Source: Isurus oxyrinchus
Taxonomy: Eukaryota
Direction: 5' to 3'
Assembly: GCA_026770705.1 (NCBI GenBank)
Contig: JANJGN010000022.1
Coordinates: forward strand, 19,468,001 to 19,532,000
DNA length: 64,000 nt
The position numbers and the translations under genes were made by a program. This document shows, piece after piece, positions 38,301 through 49,501 of this stretch; position 1 is the stretch's first letter, and every line of letters begins with the position of its first letter. The notes under the pieces are model-generated. The model had not been told where the DNA came from, searched no databases, and was given only the letters and a program-made list of their open reading frames with translations.

Positions 38301-40649
38301 TTAAATAGGAACCAGATTAGAGCATCTATCGCATACTATCTGGCTGCATGTAATCAAGTTGAATACCATTTCACAAATATATTCTCAGCCAAACTGTGTA
38401 TCTACTTAGAGCAGGCAATTGTGTAAATGTCAGTGTAATATTATAAAGTAATGTTCACACAGACCCTAGAGTACAAGGGAGCATGTTGCTGAAAGGCATA
38501 AATAGATCAAGGAAAACTGATGCAAATTTGAGTATAAAATTATTTAGATTTATTTTCTCTTTATGAGAATATTGTTTTGAAAATAATACAAGACATGTTT
38601 AGCTATTCAAATGAAAAGTATAGTAGATTACATCCTGCCAGGTACAGTTCAATAGAATCTCAAATCTTTAATTGTTCCAAATTTGCAATATGCAATCACT
38701 AAATATCATGAAATCCATCCAAAACAACCAGACACTAGTTCATTTTGTATGGATTCATTGATGAATAGTGAGCATCCAAAGCAACATTGGCAGTAACTAA
38801 CCAAAAGCTGTATGCTTCTTCAGGGACACTAAATTCAAGCTGACGTTGATTACTACAGAATGTCAGGTGCTCACAAATGAATAAAATAATAAGGACTGTT
38901 GGGATCTAGTGGAGGCCGGGCGCTTTGAAACAACAACCAAGAAGAAACCTATGGTTGACTCACCACATGGGTTCCTCCTAAATATATAAGGCACATTGAC
39001 AATGGAATCGATCTTGCCTCTCCTATCAGCTGGGAATGGAATCTGCCAGGTGGGACAAATAAAAAGGTGAAAATGGAAACCTGCGCCGCTTGGGTTCTTG
39101 CACCAGAGGTGACGTAGAGGCAAAGCTCATATTTCATTGGCCACTGGATAAATGAAGAGCTGCTCTGCCGATTTAAATTGTCGCCTTGCCTTATAATTAA
39201 TTGATTACAGGTTACTTAACAGAATTTGAAACCCAAATAACACTAATCTATTTATTCTCAATTTTGCAGCTACCAGCTTTTGCTCGACGCTCAAATGTTC
39301 CTACGGAGCTGCAGGATACTTATGTGGAAGAAGAACGGTCCAAGAATGATATTCAGCAGCAGCCTATCAAACGCCAATATCAACTGAACAGTAAAAAGCT
39401 TCATCAGTACAAACCCTGTAACACCGAGGAGCAACGCCAGCATCAAGCTACTAAACATTACTACCAACTTAACAGCAAAAAGCACCACCATTATCAACCG
39501 GACATCATGTACCCAAATCAACAGGCCGACTCCCACGGTAGCGAAACTGAAGCAAGCCATGAGCAACATCAAACCATTCAGGAACACGAAACGCTGCACA
39601 GTTTTATGAAGAATGGAAGTCATGCCCACGCTATAGGCACGGAGAAGCCTGAAGTCAGGGACATGGATTCGAGATCCGGGAGCGGGCCAGAACTAGCCAA
39701 GGAAAGTGTGAAAAACGATGGCATGAATGGCAGAATGAAAATAGTAAAAAATAAAAACAAGAATGGCAGGATTGTAATCGTCATGAGCAAATACATGGAT
39801 AATGGGATACAGTCGGCGAAGGATAAACACAGTAAGAACGGGGATGGAGGGAATGAGTCAGTGGCAAGCAAGGCTGGAGATCGTGAGCTATGGATAGTTA
39901 AAAATGGGCACGGCAAAACGGAGGAAAGAGTAGGAAAGGTGGAGGATAACAATATTGCTAATGGATGGCAAGAGACTGCCAAGACTCGTAACGTAAACAA
40001 AGAGGCAGAGGCCGAGAAGAATGGCTATCTTAGGACTTTGGTGGTTAAAGAGGCGGTAGCTGCAGCGCAAAATGAAAACATGAACGGGGAGGGAGCCGGC
40101 AAGGAAAGTGACGGGACAGCAAGTGGGAGAGAGATGAGGACTCAGAAGGAGCAGCGTCCCTGGGTGCGGGAGCAGTGTGAACAGTCAGCTCCAATGCGAT
40201 GGGCTTGTGATTCGGAGGTCTCCAGAAGGGATGGGTTATACTCCAAACTCCCCAAGTCCAGGAAACGCTATCTGTCAGAACCCATCGTGGAGAAAGAGGC
40301 CAAAAAGCCGACGACGTGCAGGAGCATCAGTGTCCCGGGAAGCGCGGTCCAGCTGGAGCAGGGTGACTTAATTGAGCTGCAGGCGATCGATAGTTATCGG
40401 AATGAGGGAATTGATGGTACTTTGGACTCAAATCCCGAGCAGCCAATCGATCTGAGCTGTGTAAAGTCCAGGTCAGAGCCTCAGAAGGCGACGGCACAGC
40501 AGACGGAGATGGAGGAGAAAGACGGACGGGCGAGGGGAGAGCAGCAATATCCATGGACTGGTCTCAAACCTTACCTCGGAAATCTGATAATCACAGATGT
40601 CACAGCGAACTGCCTCACGGTTACATTTAAGGAATATGTGACGGTGTGA
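35249..40649 (+). CDS. CBX4: Chromobox protein CBX4/Pc2-type (PRC1 subunit), 5 coding exons, 541 aa: join(35249..35317,35428..35471,35803..35868,38200..38266,39270..40649)
   Basis: Spliced translation begins [92 protein letters not shown] (chromodomain with F11/W32/W35 cage, then AT-hook-like RKRGPKPK). CBX4 hallmarks follow: duplicated YQLNSKKxHxYxP, [21 protein letters not shown], RKRxLSE..RSIS, PIDLS and the C-terminal Pc box [23 protein letters not shown]. All four introns are GT-AG with consistent phases. Ortholog versus paralog is not resolved. Confidence 0.93.
35428..35471 (+). CDS. CBX4: CBX4 coding exon 2 ([14 protein letters not shown], then split K codon)
   Basis: Acceptor tctttatttctccacag|, donor AA|gtgagt, 44 nt. 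Confidence 0.95.
35803..35868 (+). CDS. CBX4: CBX4 coding exon 3 ([21 protein letters not shown], then split R codon)
   Basis: Acceptor tcttctccgtag|, donor AG|gtaaag, 66 nt. Confidence 0.95.
35955..35977. repeat. (TA)n microsatellite in CBX4 intron 3
   Basis: Uninterrupted AT dinucleotide run read directly. Confidence 0.9.
38200..38266 (+). CDS. CBX4: CBX4 coding exon 4 ([22 protein letters not shown])
   Basis: Acceptor tgactgcag| with upstream branch-like ctaac, donor CAG|gtaata, 67 nt. Confidence 0.95.
39270..40649 (+). CDS. CBX4: CBX4 terminal coding exon 5 (459 aa plus stop)
   Basis: Acceptor ttctcaattttgcag|. Corresponds to the 482-aa ORF 39201..40649 minus its intronic N-terminus. 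Contains SIM1 IVIV (39771-39782), PIDLS (40443-40457) and the Pc box. Confidence 0.95.
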   Translation, partial: [459 protein letters not shown]

Positions 40650-40892
40650 AGGAAACTTCGGTCGGATTTAGAAACCGTGCAGAAATGCTTAGAGTGAATG
40701 CACTCTTTAACCCAAATCTTCATTCTTTACATTGAACAGTTCAGATGTATGCAATTTTATTTATACACGGACACATTATGTAGAAGTGAATATGTGTCTG
40801 GAGTTAAACTGGACAGACCAGCAGTAAAGGGCACCGAAGAAACTGCTTCCTTAAATCTGGATTTTTAATTTTTTAAAAGCAAAATCTTAAAT

Positions 40893-40898
40893 AATAAA
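40893..40898 (+). terminator. Probable CBX4 polyadenylation signal (AATAAA)
   Basis: AATAAA about 245 nt after the stop, followed by GT/T-rich sequence. A second ATTAAA near 41422 may mark a longer UTR. Confidence 0.55.
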
Positions 40899-43800
40899 AC
40901 CACATTATTGGATGTTTGATACATTGTTTCAATTTTTAATCCAATGTCAGATATCATGAATATTTGTGATAATATGTGTGCTATTTAAATGTGCAGATTC
41001 TTTGTATTTCCTGTCTGTTTGATATTTCCGAAGCTGGCGAGCTTGTGCTGCTATGATAGAAATGTATTTTTTTTGTGCTTGAATGTAAATATGTGAAAAC
41101 GCCTTTAAAACACCAGATCCGCTGTTGCAGTAGGGCGACAGTCAATAAGATAATGGAAGAATGTTGATATTCTGTTTTGTATCTCCGGGACGCCATTTTT
41201 GATCTGGCGTTTCTTATTACCAGCTGAACAGTGAATAGAAATTCTATGAAACGAGACTGAGTCATATTATTAATTTGTGCCGCGCAATGTAAAAGTCTTT
41301 GTAGTGTCATCGTGAAGCTACTCTCTCGAAGGACTCTGGTACTATTTCTGAGTGAATGAAATGATGAAACTCTAGAGCTTCCTTTGAAATCTTGCTGCAG
41401 ATATTTTAAAGTAACATTTTTATTAAAGTAAGTCATACTGCGTGTAGCTGTGGTTACCAGCTGGCGTCATTTCTTGGAAACCACAGTTTGATATGTGTCA
41501 CATTGACAAACTGTGCAGATTAAAATAGTCAAGAAGGCAACATCCTGTGACTCGGAGTGAAATAACTACATCAAAGTATCATTGCCCTCCAGGCCTCTGG
41601 TCCAGGAATGCTTCTTCTCAGAGTATGCCATCAAAGTGACTTATCCTCGGCGGACCTCTGAGGGTATTTATCTGAAAATGCAATTATTAGAAATACATGG
41701 CTGTCTTAATCCTGAACAAGTCCGCCGTTTATCCAACAGATCGGGAAACTATCCTTAAAACAAAATACCACAATAATCCCCAGGTTGCATTATAAATACA
41801 AACCCAAGAACAGAAGATTTTTGGTTTTGCAATTTTACTTTTGGCATTTCAAGAGGCGTATTCCCATTTAGGTCAGTGCTACAGATAGGAGCTATGTAAG
41901 TGGCTACCTGTGATTGTGGCAATGTCTTAGGGCCAACAAAGGTAAAAGAGTAAATTCAAGCGCCGCCTCAAAAAAAGGACATTATGATGTTTTTTTCTGG
42001 CATTAGTAAATGAAATACTGGCGCAGCTGTAGTACAAAATGTTTGTGGTTTGAGGTAAGGTGTTATTGAGTACACTGTGAACTGCTGTCTAAACCTGCAC
42101 AGTTCAAATATGTTTGGAAGCCCAAGAGGAGGAACCGAATTTGGTCAGATGACCTAAACGGGAGGGGGAAGTAAGCAAGTTATTTGTTGTCAAATTGGTC
42201 CCGAGATAATCCGCCTGATGGGAGGCTGCAATCAGCAGATAACCTCTGGCAGACTTGGCAATTCAATAGGTTTTGGAGTCTTCCAAAGTGCTGTTACTGA
42301 CTGTCCAAACAGTGTGCTTTATTCTTGGCCTATGCAGCAGTAAGCTTGGCATTCTTGGCACTTTGCCCCCAGTTAGCTGTAAGCTGGCCTTATCTTGGAC
42401 GAGCAACGGGGATCGTACCAGCGTCTTGTGGCTGTAACCTGCACGATTTCAGCCATTTATACTCCAGAAATGCCTCTACACACGCTTGGAAGTTCCTAGG
42501 ACTGGCTGTTGCCGACCTGTGTCGCCATCTTCTCTCGTTAGATGTGTTCTTTAGGGGGAGAGAATGAACATTCTGTATCACACAAATGGAAAATTCTTAC
42601 GTGGGTTCCTCAGTGGTTTGGTGTGGAGATATGGTGCTGGATTTCCATATACTGAACAAGACAAATGGTATTGTCAACCAAAACTAATTTAAACCGAAGT
42701 ACAGAGAACAGGCAAGACACACTCAACACAGCAGAGCCTGGGGACCAACCTATGGCTACTAAACCTGGCAGCCTGACTCCCCAGGCACCACAATCCTATA
42801 TACGTGAGCACATCTTATTTCCTGTTTATTCTGTTTGAATGTTATGCGTCGGGAGATTTGCAAAGGGCTGTTTTCATGATAGTACTCCATTGCTCGAGAG
42901 ATCTTAAACCTGAACACGGAGACCCCCCCCCCCCCCAACCTTAGCAGCTTCAGATAATTGAAAGCTAATGGGAACATGGAAGTGATCCATATATTCGACT
43001 GCTTAGAGTTGATGGTGGGGTCTCTGCAGTCCAAGAAGATGACAACTCGAATGGCATTGTCAACACAATAGAAATCTCCTACCATCATCGACGCTTCTTT
43101 GGAAAATCAAACACATATTTGATAATGGCACGCCAAATCATGTTGTGAGACCGACAGAAGCATGTACACGTCTTTGAGTACTGCCCTTCTGAACATTACC
43201 TCCAGTATTTCCTTTGGTCAGAGGCTTGAATTTGATTTCCGATTATAAAGCTGCAGATCTGCCAAGCCATTGTACGCGAATCAAAATGCTTTGGACAATT
43301 GCATCATTTGTATGTAGCATGTTCGGTGCGTACTAAAAATAAAGCTTCTAAACAGCGTGAAGACCTGCTCTTCCTAAATATAGAGCAATTGGCACTATCT
43401 TCCTTTATCGGGAATCTCCTTTCACACCAGTAATCTCTAGCCAGCTCGTCACGGTGCTTGTGTAGTGCTATATATAAAAAAAAACCCTTGCGAATCTGTT
43501 GGATTCCAGTTGTCTTACCAGGATTCGAGCTGGGAAGGAACCAGTGAATACAATAATCATCCAATCTTCCAGTTGGTACACACTCGGTTACCTCATCAAT
43601 TTAAACCGCTGCACCGGAAAAAACAGGTGGCTTTTTTTGTGCTGCGGGAGAGGTGGTGAGTGGGGGAGGGCGGGATGGTGTGAGGTGGTGGGGAATTCAG
43701 TCGAGAGACGGCGGAACGTTCAGAGCGGGTAACGATGGTTCAATTAACTACCAAGGTCGTCGCTGGGAAGAAAACTAACACTGCTAGGTGAAAACGAAAG

Positions 43801-45379
43801 AGCTGCAAGCATGTCCTTATTTTACAAACGTGGATGGCGGGACTCCTCTCTGGCACGGGAAACATTAACTTTGCATTTCCCAGCAGTTTATGAGTAACCC
43901 AAGCTGCATTTTCATACTGAGGTCAGATCATGAGACACCACACACGTAGCTTATCTCTCATGAGATCATCCCTCAAGCATGCCACTTGGTATGAATGTTT
44001 GAGATTGTGCACATGTGACTAGTGTTTAATGTATCTCTCGATAGAAAGATTTTCACTGTATATGTTTGAATAAACTCTTGGATATTTTAATCTATTTCAA
44101 AAGATTTTTTTTTCCATGGGGGGCTTTGATAGTGCGGACCAAATCACACGTTTTTAAAGTTCTTAAGGTACTTACCATCCTGTCTATCTATACACGGGTC
44201 CAATGTGACAGGGAATGATGGCCAATGTACAAAAACAAGAGTGAAGGTGTTGTATTTATTGTCTTTAGAATACTGTTCAGACCTATTTAAATCCAAATTT
44301 GTCCACAGAAGCACTTCTTAATTCAGTGTAATCGTTCTCTTCAAATTTCCAATAATAAAATGCATCAAAGATGGTACAGTGGATAATAGAAGCTCGGATT
44401 TTGCCAAATATAGCTTCTGAAACCCGAGATTAGACGTGACACCATGTAGAAAGAAGGAAAGCGGGCGGTGTTGTGAAAAATGAAACCGCTGCTGATTCTG
44501 TTGCTAGATATCAAGTGGTCACTCTGGTTAAGTAATTAATAACTCAAAATTTCATTTTGTAGGCGCCTCCACGCGTTTTCACGAAGGCGCTTCACATTGG
44601 TTTGCAGCCAATTCGGACTCGGTGTCTCACAGGAAGCAAATCAAAGGGCGCATTAATGTGTGAAGAATGTGAGCCAGGTCATTTGCTGTTGTTGAATAAG
44701 TGTCATCCGCCTGAACCCCGTGGTTTAACCTGGGAAACAGGGTTCGCGGACGATGTGGCACCCCCCCCCCCTCAGTGGCTTTGGCGCAGGGCAGGACCTG
44801 AACCCGCAATCTCCCATATCAGGGGCCGACAATAGCTGCAGGAAACAGTTACTGACCAGTCATGTCAACACCCGAGTCTCCACTGAATTGGTTTACGACA
44901 ACCCGAGGCCAGTGTACTGTTAGTATTGGTAAACTAGGCGGATGAGGGTTGGGGGGGGGGGTACATTTCCTAGGCGAGTTTGTGGGGAATCACGTGGTCC
45001 TGTTATAGCGCCAGTTGTTGCAATGGACTAAGAACCAGAACACGCGTGGGGTAAACTCACTGGAGGTTGACCACATGGATGAAGTGAAGGGGCACGCACA
45101 AGCCCGCAGTCCCACCCCAGGCTGGAGGGGGTGGTGAGGGTGGGAGCTGGGGCTAAGGGTGGGGGGCGGTGAGTAGTAGGGATCCGCGAGGCGCCTCCTG
45201 TTCACTAAGCACCTGAGTGTTAAGGTTCCCATTCTCCGTCGCCCCTTTTATACTTCACACTCCCAGATAGACGGCAGCCTTATCTTATTCGTTGTCCCAA
45301 TCAACATTTACTGCCTCCCCGCTCATTTCCAACTACAATTCTAACCTTCTGTGGCCTGGGTGTGAACTCGAGTCCCACT

Positions 45380-45483
45380 ACTCTCCGAAGAAAAGTCATC
45401 TTGGTCCGGAAACGTTAGCTCCTGTTTCTCTCTCCACAGATGCTGCCAGACCTGCTGAGTTTTTCAAACACTTCCTGTTTTTA
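45380..45483 (+). mobile_element. Penelope-derived terminal repeat with degenerate hammerhead core
   Basis: ccgaaga-aaagtcatcttggtccg-gaaacgtt followed by 'tctctccacagatgctgccagacctgctgagt'. Confidence 0.7.
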
Positions 45484-47004
45484 ATCCCACTCTTACCCCT
45501 CTCTGTGTAAATAAACAAATAATGTGCACACATCTCGATCAAATTCACAGTTTAATCTTTCACACTAGGCGGCGATTCATTGTATTCCCTCGGTGAGAGG
45601 ACATTAAAAAAAACCTCCTCGTTTCTAGCCCAGATTTCAGGAATGTTGTCACAGTGTTTTCTGGTTCTACGGATCCATTAATAATTCCCATTGGAAACCT
45701 CTGTCCTCGCAATATTGCACTAACACCTTCCCCCTAACAACCTAATTTTAAAAATTCCAAACCTGAAAGCCTCCCAGTTTCTCTTCACCCGCCTAAATCG
45801 GTGGCCAGAGCTGATATATTGGTCGAAATGTGCCCCAGCCACTCAGCTAATGTTACCATCTATATAAATGACGGTCATTTTTATGCACGTTAGGACCACA
45901 AGTAACTTCACTGCCGATGTCCCTGTTGCTCAGACACAGATTGTGTTGGAAGGTCGGTCGCCATATTTCGGTCTGTAGGTGTCTGTCTGCATTCGTGACT
46001 CTAGAATAGCGAGGCTCTCAAATCAGAGAAAGACTCGGAGGGGGGGGGGGGGGGGGGGTGTTGTTGCTTTTAATAAACCGCTCAAAAAATGTATCCCACC
46101 TGATTATTAATATTAACGAGACGATCTTTTCAGCAACGATCTACTTTGCTGTTTTGGTGATAGTGTAATAGTCTTCAATGGGAACCGTTTACCAGCGCGA
46201 ATTCCAACACAGGGGAACAATGGGCGGCCGCAGCAGCTAGGTTCTATTTCCATCTACAGCCATTTATTGTGGCTGTAAACTTATCTCATCATTTTTTCCT
46301 AATCATTAAATGTGGGAAATATGTCCTTCCAAAGCTATTGCTTTTATGGCCCCTTCGTGCGACGCCTGTAAAATAAACTGTATTAATGCTCTGGGCGGTT
46401 TGCTTTAAGTTAAAAATAGCACAGTTTTAAAATGCGATTTAGATTTTCAGACACTTGTCCTCGATTCTTTTATGTTATATAGTGGTCCTTTTTCAAACAT
46501 AGCGGAAATTTAATCATTTACATTAATGGTTAAATACAAATGCAAATAGTGATAAACAATGCCGCGAAAAATCTCCCATCCCCTTTTTAATAACAGAATT
46601 GCCATGCCACTCTGGAGAACGGTAACCTTAACCCGAACCCTAGAAGTAACCGTACCCTAGGAACAAATAGGGAACGAAACAATTCACAAACATTTGTGCT
46701 GTTAAAAGTCGTGGTGATTCCTATTTGACTTTACAGCACCCTTGTACGGAAACGATTTAATTCACACGACATCTTAATGCCAGAGAAAATTCAAGTGTCA
46801 GACTTTTAAAAATTCCCATTGAAAAATAATCAAGGTCGAGCAACAAAGCAAAGCGACCCCTAAACTACCTGGAAAAGTCAGTGATGTAACCAGGGCTCAG
46901 TTACTAGAGGGTTCTCAAATTCTGTAAACTGAACTCCGCATAGAAAGTGAGATTGTCGTTACCCGATTAGGAAATGTTTACTCAGTGCCTCTGTGGTACA
47001 TGTA

Positions 47005-47210
47005 TAAGAACCTGAGAAACAGGAACAGGAATGGGACCATTTGTCCTTTCGAGCCTGTTGCATCATTCAATCAGATCATGGCCGATTTTCTCCCTTAACT
47101 CCACCTTCCCAGGCTCTACCCATATCCCTGAATCCCTTAGTGCCCTAAATCCACTAATCTCCGTCTGGAATATACTCAACTACTGAGCAGCCACAGATCT
47201 CTGGGTATAT
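47005..47210 (-). mobile_element. CR1 3' end fragment
   Basis: Homologous to 54055-54250 (aggaacagga...ccatt...cgagcctg...cattcaat.agatcatgg). Confidence 0.65.
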
Positions 47211-48164
47211 CTGAGGAATGATCTATGTCTGTAGATATCATATATTAATCGTATTTGCATATTTAAGGTGCATTGTATATCTGAGGCATAAATGCAGTAA
47301 ACTATGCTTGAGCCCTACTGTGTATCTGTGGTGTTCCACATATCTGTAGTAAATATATATTTGAGGTCAATTATACTGTATATTGCTTATGTCACTTAAT
47401 GCCACATTTGGTACTGCATCTTGTTCAATAATGCTTGACAATCTACTTCTGTAAATACAGTTCAGCCACTAAGATTAACATCAAGTTTCATTCACGATTC
47501 GCCTATTGGACTCCTTTCCCTTTGGTTCCATTGGTGTCCATCCCATTGGCTGCAAGATATGTGTTTCTTGTTCTATACCATCGGTTCAAACTCGTATTCC
47601 CAGCCCACTTACCTTCTCATTGGAAATTTGATCATTCTATCATTTCTAATCTCTACTCAATTGCCCTTAAACTGATACTTCATACTGATATTTTTGTAAG
47701 CTACTATTACCACCCAATATCATTACCTTGAAAATTTTAGCCTAATACATGATCACTAGCAATATACTTGTGATCTTGTCACTTAGGCTATGCACCTCTG
47801 ATGCTATTGCCCTGAATGCTTTGGTAAATGATTTGTCATTGCCGTAGCCATCTCTAAAGTCCCTCACAGAGTTTAGTACCTTGCACCTTTAAACAGGTTA
47901 CCATCATTATAACCAAAACTGTGTTAATGCTTATTCTGTTTCCTCCAGTCTAGATCATTCTTTCTGTGATGTAGCTAATGATTTATACTTTTGCTGCCTT
48001 TCACAGCACTAGCCTTTGTCCTTCTTCGTCTGTTAATATTGTTTACCTCAACAATATCTTCCGACCTTTATACCCTCCAATCTTCACAGTTGCCAAAGCT
48101 GTCTCCAGAAGCTCAGTTTCTTCTTTTTTGTTCAACCACCTATCTCTATAAAGCCCTTGTCTTT

Positions 48165-48275
48165 ATTTTTTTTTATTATTATTCATTCGTGGGATATGGG
48201 CGTTGCTGGCTAGGCCAGCATTTATTGTCATTGAGAAGGTGGCGGTGAGCTGCCATCTCGAACCGCTGCAGCTCA
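48165..48275 (-). mobile_element. CR1-clade LINE 3' end fragment
   Basis: Same family as the 25725 copy. Confidence 0.65.
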
Positions 48276-48909
48276 CCAAGGGAATACAGCTCACATATTT
48301 GGGGAGACTGCTCTCGCAGGCTCTTTGACAGGATACAAGAAATCGTTTTTCAACTGGTGCATAGTTCTTACATTCTCCTTCACTTCCAGCCTCCAAGCCA
48401 TCTCCATTCCCGTATTTCTGTCCTCCTCTGTTTTATCAATACTGTTATGACCAGTAGTCCTGAAAACGTTCTACCATTGTTTCTTCAAAGCACGAAGTAA
48501 GCCTTTAAAGCTGGTCTTCCTAAATTCCATTGTGCTGAAATCAGAAGCACCATCTTAAGTAACCCTTGATACAGTGTTTATCTGCGCACAGTGTGATGAA
48601 TTGGTAAATCCTTCCCAGAACCTCTGTGTTCTGCAAGTAATGACCACACCTGCCATTCTTCCTTCTGAAATATTCACCCTTTCAAAATCCAACCTTGGTT
48701 TTACCTATATTTGATCCCATAAGTTACCTGGCCTCTTTATCCTTTCCCTATTTGGTAACACCCTACACTTTAGATTTTGGCTTTACATGGTTTGTAATTT
48801 TGTTTTGAAATACTGGAGATAGATGGATGTTTGTTATATTTGATGTAGAACTTTATGGTTTCTGAAAATGTTTCAGATAGAGTTACTATGCTGTGGTAAC
48901 CATCGTTTT

Positions 48910-49212
48910 ATAAGGAAGATGGCCACCATTTCTCGTCCAATTGCAGCGAGATACCTGACCAGTTAATCTGTGTTAATGATACTGGTTGAGGGAAGGGCAT
49001 TGGCCACTGGGGGAATCCCTGCTTTGTCTTCAAACAGTACCAAAGATCTCTAACCTAGACAAGTAAACAAGATGTCGTTTTCCTTTTCTCAACCAAGGGG
49101 GCAACATCTCTATTACGGTAGTGACTTCATTGATCCAGATGATGTGCTTCATTTCTAAAGTGGGGCTTAAACCCATTACCTATGATCAATCACAAAAGTG
49201 AGCCAAGCTGAC
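48910..49212 (-). mobile_element. Decayed Deu-domain SINE (SacSINE1/AmnSINE1-like)
   Basis: Same layout as the 61955 copy, ending in a tRNA-head complement 'gtggggcttaaaccca...gagccaagctgac'. Confidence 0.45.
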
Positions 49213-49295
49213 GTTTGCAGACACAGCACATCTAAGTCATATCTCTCTGTACTGTGAACCACCCATTGTTCGTGCATTGCATGTATGTCAAAGAT

Positions 49296-49501
49296 AAAAG
49301 TACAATACTGCAGATGCTGGAAACCCGAAACAAAAACAGAAAATGCTGGAAAAACTCAGCAGGTCGAACAGCATCTGTGGAGAGAGAAAAAAGAATTAAC
49401 GTTTCGAGTCCTTCTTCAGTTATAAGGACTCGAAACGTTAACTCTCTCTCCACAGATGCTGTTCGACCTGCTGAGTTTTTCCAGCATTTTCTGTTTTTGT
49501 T
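49296..49501. mobile_element. Young Penelope-derived palindrome (near-perfect inverted repeat 49329-49501)
   Basis: 59-bp and 18-bp perfectly complementary stem segments with a 10-nt loop. This explains the same peptide (NKNRKCWKNSAGRTASVERE) appearing on both strands of the ORF track. Confidence 0.85.

Noticed and set aside
39201-39269. N-terminus of the 482-aa ORF (MITGYLTEFETQITLIYLFSILQ)
   Set aside because: Intronic: it starts at TTG and covers the branch point and polypyrimidine tract of the exon 5 acceptor
39291-40554. Antisense and alternate-frame ORFs over CBX4 exon 5
   Set aside because: Shadow ORFs of a real coding exon, with no recognisable domains
44725-44760. WETGFADDVA, faintly like CBX8 exon 1 (GERVFAAEAL)
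   Set aside because: No ATG context, donor site or further chromodomain exons; likely chance
46621-46662. Degenerate TAACCC-like repeats
   Set aside because: Too short and irregular to call interstitial telomeric or Helitron-associated sequence
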